A stretch of 63,590 nt of DNA, counting the filler, from Octopus bimaculoides (Eukaryota): the NCBI RefSeq assembly GCF_001194135.2. It is 6 parts of 6 records of this genome, joined end to end, with 100 filler letters (N's around TTAATTAATTAA, not from the genome) between each part and the next. Parts side by side here need not be neighbours in the genome. Positions count along the whole stretch, not along the records: positions 1 to 16,092 come from NC_068986.1; 5 more parts are not named here. One strand, given 5' to 3'. This document shows, piece by piece, positions 1 through 12,780 of this stretch. How positions within the stretch are numbered: the stretch's first letter is position 1; each line of letters begins with the position of its first letter. The translations under genes and the position numbers were made by a program. The notes under the pieces were generated by a model. The model worked only from the letters and a program-made list of their open reading frames with translations. It had not been told where the DNA came from and did not search any database.

Positions 1-416
1 GTGTGTGTGTGTGTGTGTGTGTATGTGTATATACATACATACACGCGCTCACATATATTATAAGTATGTCCAAAGACGATGATATTATGTCAGACCGACT
101 TGAGAATATTAATCGAACGTAAGAGTTATATTTCTTAACAATCGAATCGCCTCTTTCTTCTCTTCTTTACACTGGTATAAAAAGTAATTATATGCAATGA
201 TAATTTATTGCATGTGAAATTTATTGCGTCATTCTGCTTGGAAATTCTATAAATTTATAGTTTTAATTGTATACAAATATTTTTGAAAGTTTTTACTAAA
301 ATACTGTTCTGCGCCATGATGTCCTTATATATTGGTATCAAATTTTGAACATAAATTATCCTAACGACCATTTCGTATATTTACGCATGTATCTGTGTGC
401 GTGTGTGTGTGTGTGT

Positions 417-450
<34 letters not shown>

Positions 451-732
451 GTGCGTGTGTATGTGTTTCTCTGTACATATATCAGTCACGTGTTAACTTC
501 CACCAAATTATATACAAATATATATATATATATATATATGCATCTATATATGTATCTATATATGTATATGAATATATATACATATACATACATGTATAAA
601 AACATACTCACTCTCTCACGTATATATGCACACTCGAAACAGGTACGTATATACAGTTTCACTCTGAATACATTTAGGAATGCATATATATGACCATACA
701 TACTTTCGGACAGAAACCGATACATATATCCA

Positions 733-790
<58 letters not shown>

Positions 791-2016
791 TATATATATA
801 CATACATACACACATACGAGGTCATAATACCATCGCATGTGGGTTTGTTTTAACGCTACAAATAAATCTGAAAATTTGTTAATATATTGCTTAAGTGTAA
901 AAGTAATATAAGCATATTTCAAGCTAAAATGGTTCGGGTGATTTTCTTTTCAATCTCCCACTATTGTAACTTTTCCCAATACATTCAAGATATTGTCTTT
1001 AACATTTTAAATGAAATAATTTCAGAACACTTATGAAATATTGTATTTTAATTACGTCGCCATATTGTCTAAACTGATGGTAAAATGTTTTTAAAATTAC
1101 GTCTCAAAAATCTGTTCCATTTTATGTGATATAGTAAGTTCTATTTTAGTTAAAGAAATTATAAAGAAAGCTGGAACAGTGGTTTTGAATTTATAACTTT
1201 GCTTCATGTCTTACTTCTTTATATCTCTTTTCTTTCTCTTACAGAAACCCTTTACATTTTCATGTAGAAATGCAAATAGATATATGCATGTTGGTGTATT
1301 TGTGTATAAATATGCACGTACGTACGCATACAACCAAATATGCACACACAGACACACACACACACACACACATATGATTTATGTATGTATATACATACAC
1401 ACACATATATATATAAATACATACATGGATATACATACATATACGTATATATGTATATATACATCTGTATATAAATATATATATATATATATGTATGTAT
1501 GTATATATAATACACTCTGTTCACTTCCCATTTCCCATTTGTCAAATGATCTCACCACTAAAAACATATTAATCATGCTGTATGTTTGAATATCCTTCCA
1601 ACAACTTTAGTGGAGCAACGAAGAAAATAAGCAAAACACAAATTAATAATAGAATAACACAAATTATATGGAAATAAATAAATAGTGCCTCGTATAATAT
1701 TTACAGTAATTCGTATTGTATATTTGTACATTTATTGAACTCTATCTTATACAAAAATCACATATACATACATATACACATAAACACACACACAAACTCA
1801 CATGTACACACGATCCAACACATGCACGCGCACATGCACACATTTACAGACACCCACCACGCGTACATACTTACTCGCAAGGACACCACAGCTCTACACC
1901 CAGACCAATGTTTCACATAAAAATCGATATGCACACATACTCACACACACAGATGCAGAAAACTACACTTATATGCAGACAAGCATCAGACGTTTAACAC
2001 GCACTCAGAAACATAC

Positions 2017-2074
<58 letters not shown>

Positions 2075-2144
2075 NNNNNNNNNNNNNNNNNNNNNNNNNN
2101 NNNNNNNNNNNNNNNNNNNNNNNNNNNNNNNNNNNNNNNNNNNN

Positions 2145-2184
<40 letters not shown>

Positions 2185-2399
2185 GAGAGACAGAGAGAGA
2201 GAGAAAATAGTTATTTTTTTCCCATATGGGTAGATATATATAAAGCGAGGGTGAAAATGCACTGAAATTCGGTTAGATATTTTATTGTTAAATTTTTAAA
2301 GACTTAACCGGTTTTATGGATTTCTCTGGTTTTAAAAAATTGAGAAAGAAAGACGTGGAGCTATGCTGCAACTGCCTTGCTTCTGGTTGGAATTGCCTT

Positions 2400-2570
2400 C
2401 TTTTTATACAGACAAAATGACTGAAACCAATATCTATTTTGGATACGTTTTGATTGGTCGAGGACGATCAAGTGTTCAAGTTTTAGAAATTTTAGACGTT
2501 CGCCGTAACGTTCGTTCCTTAATGTTACGTGACAATATTCTTGGCCGTTAAACCGTTATTTAAATCTGTC
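2400..2570 (-). mobile_element. Possible degenerate CR1/L2-type LINE ORF2 C-terminal fragment
   Basis: Minus strand reads, with frameshifts, RLTAKNI..TLRNERYGERLKFLKLEHL, resembling the CR1 C-terminal motif RRFT....L....YEERLK.L.L.SL. Short and decayed. Confidence 0.3.
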
Positions 2571-3139
2571 ACGGTTGTGTGAACATGTTTAGTGACAATG
2601 TCTAGCAATCTGAATTTTATCTGAATTTTATCAGGGTTGTCTCCCAAACGTAGAAAAGAACTTTTATCTGGGCTTCCCCCTACTCCCATACCTTAATATG
2701 TGACTATATATTTTGCACTGAAAGCAAGGCTCGCCCTGTTGAATGAATATGTATAGTGACAGTCCCAAAATAAACTTCTCTAGATTGAATCTGTCGATTG
2801 GTAGATGGTAAAGGGGGGGGGGGTCAATGAAGTCTTTTTTCTATTCATTCAACAGTTATGTATATGTAGAATTTGCCAGTTAGATTGTATATACAAAGTT
2901 TAGGTTTTTAAGCTGTATAAATTCAATACGTCCAGCAGTAGACTCAGTTTGTGTTTGAATAGTTATTCGTAAATGTTGTTTGTTAAAGTTTATTCAATGT
3001 TGGTTTGTACGTTTCTATGAATGTATTTTCTTTGTTTATCCTTGCTTGGTCTGCGGTATTGACTGAACAGAAGCAAAGTGGAAAGCCTTGGTACTTAGAA
3101 GACATATTTTTGGCACATATGTCTATGCGTCTACTAATT

Positions 3140-3295
3140 GGTAAATTCCTCCCACTGGAATCTCGTATTTGTTGTCTCTATGATTAGTAAGTTTATTTCT
3201 AAGAGTGAGTTTTGTTTGATCTATGGAATCATAGTTGCATATTTCACATTTAATAGCGTATACTATATCTTTTGACGAACAGGTAGATGTAGATC
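3140..3295 (-). mobile_element. Penelope-like element GIY-YIG endonuclease fragment (decayed)
   Basis: TCSSKDIVYAIKCEICNYDSIDQTKLTLRNKLTNHR fits the PLE pattern TC.S.N.VY.I.C..C...YIG.T...L..R...H; YIG is decayed to SID. Confidence 0.65.
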
Positions 3296-3329
3296 CCACA
3301 GTTGGAGCGGCCACACTATTTGGCTGTTG

Positions 3330-3560
3330 GTATGAGATTTTGAAAGTCAATGCAAACATGAATTGCAAAACGGAAAACTTAATTTCCTGTACAAGTTGCC
3401 CACAGTGTAAAGATCACTATATTGGTGACCCAGGAACGGGACTATACGACAGAGTTCGTGTCCAGAAGCAACAAATTAAAGAACCTCTCGGTCAGAAACA
3501 CCACTTGCAGTGGACGCTTTGCATCGGGGAGAAATGGGTAGTTCACGATCTTCGCCCTTA
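3330..3560 (+). mobile_element. Penelope-like element GIY-YIG endonuclease fragment (decayed), second subfamily
   Basis: LKVNANMNCKTENLISCTSCPQCKDHYIGDPGTGLYDRVRVQKQQIK contains NC...NLI.C..C..C...YIG, typical of PLE endonucleases. Confidence 0.75.
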
Positions 3561-3750
3561 AGTTATGGTCGGACAACAATTATTTCCGGAAATATAAAGA
3601 AAAATTCTTCATCAGGACGTACAGACCATTACTAAACACAAAAAAAAAAAATGATATTCCACCCCTCCACACAACAAATAACGGGATCCTCTACTTTATA
3701 TANNNNNNNNNNNNNNNNNNNNNNNNNNNNNNNNNNNNNNNNNNNNNNNN

Positions 3751-3786
<36 letters not shown>

Positions 3787-4699
3787 GAATTGGATGACAG
3801 CCACACTTTCATCATTTGATCGTTGAAGAGAAGAACAACCCTCAGAGGTAAACTACCATTTCCCTAACACCTCTCCCCGCAATGTACATATGAACTTAAA
3901 TACTTGAGTAGTGTAGATACGTATACATATGTATGTGTGTGTACGTGTGCATGTGTATGTGGGTATAAGTAAATATACGGATGCCATACATGCACACGCA
4001 CGTGTGCATACGTGTATGTATAAACGTGTGTGGGTATATATGTGTAAATATGTATATATATGTGTATATACGCCTCATACGTCCCGTTTATTTGCTTATG
4101 CATCCATCATTATCATCGTCGTTGTTTAACGTCTATATGGAAAATGGACATTGGGCGGCGATGATGGTTGTCGTAGATGGTTGGGCGGAAGTGTGGGGGC
4201 ATGTAAGCCAGAAGGAATATTTGTGCGTGTGTGTGTGTGTAAATGTGTGTATATATGTGTATGGATATACATGTGTATGTGTATGTATGTATGTATGTAT
4301 GTATGTGTACGAGTGTACATACAGGTTTATACAGATATGTGCACGTGTGTCTATGCGTATGTATATATCTATGAGCGCGTGTTCCTGGGTGCGCGTGTAT
4401 ACGAGCATATCTGTGCAGATGTGTGTGTATATATATGTGCGTGTGTGTGTGTGTGTCTATCTCTCTCTCTCTCTCTCTCTAGAGAGAGAGAGAGAGAGAG
4501 AGAGAGATTGAGGGAGAAAGAAATGTAAATATATTTTTTGTGTATTATATGTAGGGAAGTAAATTTGTGGGCTAGCTTGTTCTCTCCCATCTCTCCTTCC
4601 AAACCAAAATATATATTTAGAAAAACACTTCTATCAACCAACATTTTTTATAAAAAGACATGTATCTTACACCTCACCCCAGACACACACCTAAAACAC

Positions 4700-4810
4700 A
4701 CCAAAAACAGAAAATTACTGAAAGAAAATATTTGGAAAGACATCTGGCCATTACCTCCCTAACCAAAGGTTAACTGTTCAAATGGCTTCATAAGACACTC
4801 GTTTAACACC
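4700..4810 (+). mobile_element. Possible relic of an L1/Tx1 zf-RVT region
   Basis: NIWKDIWPLPP*PKVNCSNGFIRHS resembles the zf-RVT consensus W..IW...PPKV..F.W...H; has an in-frame stop. Confidence 0.3.
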
Positions 4811-5394
4811 ACACCACCTCCCAACCCCATCCCCAATCATGTATTTTGTGTTAACCATTCACTACTCTCTTTCAGCTATCATTCATCAATAGTCTTTTAC
4901 TCCCACACTGATTAACAAACCCCAACCCCACCTCAAACACACCCNNNNNNNNNNNNNNNNNNNNNNNNNNNNNNNNNNNNNNNNNNNNNNNNNNNNNNNN
5001 NNNNNNNNNNNNNNNNNNNNNNNNNNNNNNNNNNNNNNNNNNNNNNNNNNNNNNNNNNNNNNNNNNNNNNNNNNNNNNNNNNNNNNNNNNNNNNNNNNNN
5101 NNNNNNNNNNNNNNNNNNNNNNNNNNNNNNNNNNNNNNNNNNNNNNNNNNNNNNNNNNNNNNNNNNNNNNNNNNNNNNNNNNNNNNNNNNNNNNNNNNNN
5201 NNNNNNNNNNNNNNNNNNNNNNNNNNNNNNNNNNNNNNNNNNNNNNNNNNNNNNNNNNNNNNNNNNNNNNNNNNNNNNNNNNNNNNNNNNNNNNNNNNNN
5301 NNNNNNNNNNNNNNNNNNNNNNNNNNNNNNNNNNNNNNNNNNNNNNNNNNNNNNNNNNNNNNNNNNNNNNNNNNNNNNNNNNNNNNNNNNNNNN

Positions 5395-5443
<49 letters not shown>

Positions 5444-5895
5444 GGAGTGAAACAAATAGAAACAGCGTAGTGTTATATCTAGAGTCATAAACACACTACA
5501 GAAAATATATTCTATTAAAGAATATAGCGTGATATAAGATTTAAAAGCGACTATCATAAAACAGCTCTTAAGAGCAATGCTGATAATACAATGTTTACAC
5601 GCAACGACATTAAATACTCCGTTTGATTTCGTTATACGTCGTGTAAATTCAAATTACTCACTAAAATTGTATGAGATTGCAAGTCGAAGAGTAAAATTTA
5701 CACTTGGCACCGTTAAAGCAGATTTGTAGGCCCAGTGGAGCAGAAAGAAGAAAATCTCCTTGCAAGGTAAAGGGTGAGAAAATCTGTCAAATAAATGATG
5801 AAAAAAAGATTTACTTATATACATGTATGCTATGACATCTCTATGTTTGTACACATACACGCATATACATATTCATGTTAACTCTGTGTGTGTGT

Positions 5896-5951
<56 letters not shown>

Positions 5952-6098
5952 ACATATTAAAAAAAATACGAATTAAGGGTGAAAGTAGCCTGGAAGTTTC
6001 CTCTCGTTTATCTTCATCACAGAATCTGATGAATGTTAGCGCATTAATCTTGCGAAGTCACTGTCACCGTTTTTTTTAAAGTTGAATGAACATGAATA

Positions 6099-6129
6099 TC
6101 TATCTATCGATCTATCTATCTATCTATCG

Positions 6130-6172
<43 letters not shown>

Positions 6173-6186
6173 GATCTATCTATCTA
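6099..6186. repeat. (ATCT)n tetranucleotide microsatellite with ATCG variants
   Basis: Seen directly in sequence. Confidence 0.95.
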
Positions 6187-6377
6187 TCTCCCTCTTTGTC
6201 TCTCACTTTCTGTCTCCCCCTCTGTCGCTTTGGAGTTTGTCTCTTGTTTCTGAAAAATGGCGTTCCTCGAAATGTAAAACCATCTTTCTTTCCTTCCCTG
6301 GGCATCTGCTAATATTTTACATATACCACGTGCTCGCGTTGTTATTTTTGTGTGTTTGTTCTTCGTCTTTTTCTTTA

Positions 6378-6431
<54 letters not shown>

Positions 6432-6536
6432 NNNNNNNNNNNNNNNNNNNNNNNNNNNNNNNNNNNNNNNNNNNNNNNNNNNNNNNNNNNNNNNNNNNNN
6501 NNNNNNNNNNNNNNNNNNNNNNNNNNNNNNNNNNNN

Positions 6537-6573
<37 letters not shown>

Positions 6574-6769
6574 ATGTGTAACGTAATAGTTTAGAAATAA
6601 CCAATGGTTTCATATCTAACGTGAACTATACATCTGTTCAGTTTCCCTAAACGATACCCATTCTCTGCAAAGAATGTTTTTTTTTATTACAAGAACGCCG
6701 GTAATAGTTAAAAAATATTCCTCTTAAAAAATTATGGCCGGGCCAGTCGTTTTCCTTCGCTTGATAGCT

Positions 6770-7510
6770 AGGTTTTCCAATTTGAAGTAAAAATTCCCGA
6801 AAATGTGAACAACTTCCAAAGGCTTCCGTCCTGGAGTTCAGGTAGCCTCCTGACTCATGTGAGTTCATGACAATTATATCTTTTTCTGCCATACACAATT
6901 TACACAGTCTTATTCCATTGCGATAGGGTCCACAAGTTTCCATTAATTTCCATGTGATGTTAAGGGCCGTATGATCGTCATTTACGCTCCATACATATGC
7001 TGCAAGTGTTGTTGTGTTGCGTCTCTCCGGGACCCTGAAATATCTGTGTTTGTTCAGGCGAATTTTAAATTTGGATTCACAAGATCCGACATAAATTTTA
7101 GTGTCTCTGTGTTGGCATTGATGTTACTGATATTTGTGCTGCTTCTGTTTGAGGCAACCTTTGTTTGGTACACTGTAGACTCGGTGTTACATCGATCGTC
7201 CACTGGATACTTATTTCTAATCCTGCATGAACAACCTGCCTCTGTCCATGGTTTAGGAGTACCAAGTAATATTTTCTTAACACTGGGTGCACAACTGAAA
7301 GAGATACTTAAATTATGTCTGTTAAAGATCCTTTTATATTTGTGTAATCGCGTGAAATTCTTATCAACCAACCTAAGAAAAATCTTAGCTATGCATGTAC
7401 GGACATTTAGGGAGAAGTGGAGAGCGAACAATAAGATGTGTTGGATTGGAATTTGGTGAAAAAATACTTTAATAAATAGGTTTTGAAGATGTTCAAATAC
7501 CCACTTTTCA
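6770..7510 (-). mobile_element. Penelope-like retroelement 3' fragment (RT C-terminus plus GIY-YIG region), degenerate
   Basis: FSLNVRTCIAKIFLRLVDKNF..LHKYKRIFNRHNLSISFSC, CSCRIRNKYP..RCNTESTVYQ and PYRNGIRLCKLCMAEKDII...LNSRTE..SCSH match the conserved PLE C-terminus (FS.NV.TNIG..FL.L.DKHF...H...KIFNR...K.SYSC; C.LC..EK..I; LN.R.E....C.H). Confidence 0.85.
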
Positions 7511-7536
7511 TTAACAGGTCTCGAATGTGTATGTGT

Positions 7537-7576
<40 letters not shown>

Positions 7577-7578
<2 letters not shown>

Positions 7579-7907
7579 AGGGGGAGCACTCCGTCGGTTG
7601 CGACTATGAGGTTCGCAGCTGATACAACCAACGTAACAGCTTGCTCGTGAAATTAACGTGCAAGTGGCTGAGCACTCCACAAACACGTGTACCCTTGACG
7701 TAGTTCTCGGGGAGATTCAGCGTGACATAAAGTGTAACCAGGCTGGCCCTTTGAAATACAGGTACTACTCATTTTTGCTAGTTGAGTGGACTGGAGCAAC
7801 GTGAAATAAAGTGTCTTGCTCAAGGACACAACGCGGCGCCGGGAATTGAACTCACGACCTTACGATCATGAGGTAAATGCCCCTAACCGCTAAGCCATGC
7901 GCCTTCA
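7577..7907 (-). mobile_element. tRNA-derived SINE, family C
   Basis: Minus-strand head with A-box (tggcttagcgg) and B-box (gagttcaattcc), followed by gtgtccttgagcaagacact. A second near-identical copy is at 61383-61695. Confidence 0.85.
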
Positions 7908-7943
<36 letters not shown>

Positions 7944-9484
7944 TCTATACTTGGCATGAGCCGAAGTTACATTTCCATAGAGAGGACGACATTTCTTGTC
8001 GCTTCCATTGCTGCATATCTCCTAATCAATTCCGCATAACACCCCGTGACTGATATGTGTCTTATGTAATCATCTTTTTCGAAACTGAAAATATTTTTGA
8101 TCTAAACAAGGGATGCCACGAAACTCACAATCAGTAAGAACTTGTTCTTTGACCATGGTCAGCAAGAAATGAAAACGTTCGACAAATAAATGACGTCACC
8201 AAGAAGCCAACCAACCGGAACATTAGACTTTGCTAAAACGAAAATTCTAGACCAAAATATCTCCGAGAAAACGTTTGAAAATGTCATCAAAATTAGAACC
8301 CATCAAAATGTGATCCTTTACCGTTAAAACATATGTATATGCTCATCAATTTGGACTCTAACAAGATAAGAAGGTGAATAGACTCGTGCACTTCGACTGA
8401 AATTAGGGAAAGAACTACACGCACCACGACAAAAATTGTAAAACAAATCTATCTTTCTGCGTCCGGCCTTTTTTGTTATAAAAACTCAACATGACGTGAG
8501 TTTTCAATAATGTATACTCGTTATGATCTTCACCGAATATTTACGCTTATAATACTGTCTATCTCTGTGAAACATTGGATCATTTAAACATGTTTTTCCG
8601 GTTTTTTTCCTTGTAATTTTAAACTCTCCTAAACCATTTATTTATTTATTTGTAACGTTCATTAACTAAAAATTGTCGAATCCGGTTTTGTATGTCAAAA
8701 AAATCTATTACAAAATTAAAAAACATCAACACATTCTGAAATTCAGATGCATTTTCAAAACCTAAAGAATACACTTCTTTGCTCCATACANNNNNNNNNN
8801 NNNNNNNNNNNNNNNNNNNNNNNNNNNNNNNNNNNNNNNNNNNNNNNNNNNNNNNNNNNNNNNNNNNNNNNNNNNNNNNNNNNNNNNNNNNNNNNNNNNN
8901 NNNNNNNNNNNNNNNNNNNNNNNNNNNNNNNNNNNNNNNNNNNNNNNNNNNNNNNNNNNNNNNNNNNNNNNNNNNNNNNNNNNNNNNNNNNNNNNNNNNN
9001 NNNNNNNNNNNNNNNNNNNNNNNNNNNNNNNNNNNNNNNNNNNNNNNNNNNNNNNNNNNNNNNNNNNNNNNNNNNNNNNNNNNNNNNNNNNNNNNNNNNN
9101 NNNNNNNNNNNNNNNNNNNNNNNNNNNNNNNNNNNNNNNNNNNNNNNNNNNNNNNNNNNNNNNNNNNNNNNNNNNNNNNNNNNNNNNNNNNNNNNNNNNN
9201 NNNNNNNNNNNNNNNNNNNNNNNNNNNNNNNNNNNNNNNNNNNNNNNNNNNNNNNNNNNNNNNNNNNNNNNNNNNNNNNNNNNNNNNNNNNNNNNNNNNN
9301 NNNNNNNNNNNNNNNNNNNNNNNNNNNNNNNNNNNNNNNNNNNNNNNNNNNNNNNNNNNNNNNNNNNNNNNNNNNNNNNNNNNNNNNNNNNNNNNNNNNN
9401 NNNNNNNNNNNNNNNNNNNNNNNNNNNNNNNNNNNNNNNNNNNNNNNNNNNNNNNNNNNNNNNNNNNNNNNNNNNNNNNNNNNN

Positions 9485-9516
<32 letters not shown>

Positions 9517-10319
9517 CATATACATATATATATATATATATATACATACATACACACACAAAGAGAGAGAGAGACACACACACACATATATGCGTACACA
9601 GGACTCTAATTGAGGCTGCTCCTCTTTATTGATACTATATTGTTAAGTGCAATATGGCGAGGTTACGGCAGTGTGGTCAATGCAAACATATGCATATATT
9701 AGTACTATTTCATGCAGTTAGTCGTTGGTGTTTGTACTGTCAATGTTAGCTCTAGCATATTTATGGGAGAGACTTTACGGAACTCAAAATATCTACAATT
9801 CGTAGAGTGTATGTGTATATGTGTATATATATGTGTGTGTAGGTATATATATATGTGTGTATATATATTTGTGTGTGCGTGTGTGTGTGGTAAATACAGA
9901 ACATCTTTTAGTGATTGATCATAATATCGAAATATCACTTGCTTTAAAACAACCATGTACGACTAATCAATAAGAAGCATTACTATCTAACTTGATAATC
10001 GATAGAGATTCAGTGTTTCGAACGGACTTAACGGTGTAGTCTGTGTGTGTGTGTAAGGTTTGTGTTTGTAATTCTCATTCTATTAGTTTATGTTTCTGAA
10101 TGCTTGCACGCACGTGCTGCCCGCAGGTTTTGGCGAAATGTAGGTTCGCATTTTACTGTACTTGTATTTGTGAACATGTATTTTCTTTGTTCATCGGTGA
10201 ATGTATATTTAAATGCGTGTGCGAGTATGTGTATACGTATATATATATGAATATATATATGTATATATATGTATATATGTATATTTTTATATACATATAT
10301 ATATACATATACATATATA

Positions 10320-10360
<41 letters not shown>

Positions 10361-10771
10361 ATATATTTATGTATTTTCAAAGTTTTCTTTGCATCTCAAC
10401 ACATTAGCAAATAGCAATAACAGTAGAAGACTATCAGAACTAATTCAGAGCCATCTACTTACAAGCCTCGGTCACCTGACACCAAAGTTATGTCTGTGAC
10501 CTACAGGCGCAGAGTTACTCTAGGCCGATTCGAATCCATCGATTTTGCCTCTTTAAAACAATTTTCATAAGAATAATCATAGATCTACTCGTCAGTTAAG
10601 GTCGGATAGGTTTGCAATTGTGTTAAAATACACGTTTACTGAAATAAACTTTCTGTTCTGAGTGTCACCTGATTCTTGATTGACTTCTGAGACAATTATC
10701 ATAAAGAAACGCACTGGAAGGTTTCACTAAACACGCTGAAAGAATCGCAATAAACGACAAGTGGATAAACG

Positions 10772-10815
<44 letters not shown>

Positions 10816-10829
10816 TGATGATGGTGATG

Positions 10830-11690
10830 ATTTCTTTATTAACCACAAGAGTGTACAGTCAGAAAAAAAACATTATGGACAATACAGGACAAACAAAGAA
10901 TGTGAATGTTTGAGGATTAAAAAATCAACAATGTGCGATCCTCAATACGGAGATGTTCAAGGGCTGCTCATGGAAAACCTCATAAAAACAAACCATAGGT
11001 ACCCTGAGTATCGGAGCAGGTGCCTTTTATCCTTTACTTTTCTCCAACTACAGGCGTATGCTCAGGGCAGGCTTGTTTACTCGAACCATTCTCGCCACGT
11101 TCATGCACATTTTAGCAAACTGGCTAGAAGACAACACTTCCCTCTCAACCCTTATTTTCCTTTCCAAGTGAAACTTGAATAAGTTGATCAGAGATTGGCC
11201 AGAGAGAAAACCGTTCGGTTTCAGCCCCTTCAATCTCGCCCTGCATACAGCCTCTTTCGCCATGGCCACCATCGGTTAAAGAAAGGTGGCAGGACGATCT
11301 TCACGATGGATCCAGTTTACAGCCGGATCCGTCCCACACGTGACCGCAAGTGTTCGACATAAACCCAAAGGTTTGCAACGCATGAGTCCTGGACGAGTGC
11401 ATGCAGGACCGTCTCGTCGTTCTGCGCGCATCTCAGACATGCTGAGCTGACGGCACTTCCGTGCCTGGAAAGTTTATCTCGAACAGGCAAAGTTCCCCGG
11501 CAGCAGCGCCAGGCCAGAGATTTTGAGAAATTATCCATCGGTCCTAGGCCGAAAGTTCTCCGGATAAGAGCGACTAGCTGATCTTCTTCGACGCCCAAGG
11601 TCTCCCCGAGAACGGCGTTGTACTTTTCCTCCACTAATCCTCTATAATATACTAAAATGGACGTTCCACCTATCGCAATGTCCATAATAA
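10830..11690 (-). mobile_element. 5'-truncated L1/Tx1-clade LINE (zf-RVT domain, 3' UTR, ATT/ATC tail)
   Basis: SLAWRCCRGTLPVRDKLSRHGSAVSSACLRCAQNDETVLHALVQDSCVANLW is zf-RVT-like (W.....LP..D.L......C.RC...ET..H.L..C....W). Reading continues after a frameshift as VAMAKEAVCRARLKGL; a simple-repeat tail lies at ~10776-10830. Confidence 0.8.
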
Positions 11691-11696
11691 TGATCT

Positions 11697-11710
11697 TACT
11701 GCTGCTACTG

Positions 11711-11758
<48 letters not shown>

Positions 11759-11933
11759 ATACCACTACCACTACCACTACTACTGCTGCTACTGCTGCTA
11801 ATAGTAATCCCACGACAACGACGACCATCGCCGACACCATTATCATTATTATTGCCATTAATATCATTAGTAGCAATAGTAGTAGTAGTAGTAGTAGTAG
11901 TAGCAGAAGCAACAGCAGCAGCAGCAGTAGTAA

Positions 11934-11974
<41 letters not shown>

Positions 11975-12050
11975 ACAGTATTGATGACGATGTTAATGAT
12001 GATGATGATGATAATGAAAATAATAATAATGCATTCATAATAATAATTGG
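11697..12050. repeat. Compound trinucleotide microsatellite (CTA)n ... (GTA)n ... (GAT/AAT)n
   Basis: Seen directly; explains the poly-Leu and poly-Val ORFs. Confidence 0.95.
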
Positions 12051-12743
12051 TGACTTACGATAAGATCAAGGAAACATAAACGGAAGCGATAAAACGGATA
12101 TCTGAGTTTAAAAAGAAAAAAAAAGAAGCCATAAAAAGAAAAGAAGAAAAGAAAAGACAACCGAGCAGGATAACATGAATTAAAAAACAAAACAAAAAAG
12201 AAATGAAAACCCGTTCAATCCCGTCGTAAATTGTCCACAATGTATTAAAGTGATAACAATAATAAGAATCTGATCGATAATAATAATAATAATGATAATG
12301 ATAATGTTTAGACAGATATAAGAGAAGGTAGGAGAGAGGGAGAGTGTGGATGGGGGTGAGTGAGACAGGGTGAAAGAGGAGGAGGGTTAGAGGTGGGGGA
12401 AAAAGAGATAAAGCAAATAATTAAATAAATCATTAAAATGGATTTAGAGGAAAACAAAAAAGATATAATAAAGATAGATAGAAGGAGATAGGGAGAGAGA
12501 GAGAGAGAAAGAATGACAGAAAGGGAGAGAAGGAAATAAAATGGCTGCCCATCTGTTGGCAAATTTTTTTAGTTTTCCATTTAATGTTTCTTTTTAAAAG
12601 CATTCACTGAGATTTAGTCTCGACTTTCTTTATGAACATCAGAATAACACTCATCATCGTCATCGTCATCATCATCATCGTCATCAATGTCCTCGGCATC
12701 GTCCTGGTTGCCATCGTCACCATCGTAATCATCATCACCGCTG

Positions 12744-12780
<37 letters not shown>

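Noticed and set aside
6020-6060. CTGATGA followed by a small hairpin
   Set aside because: No GAAA box after the stem, so not a hammerhead.
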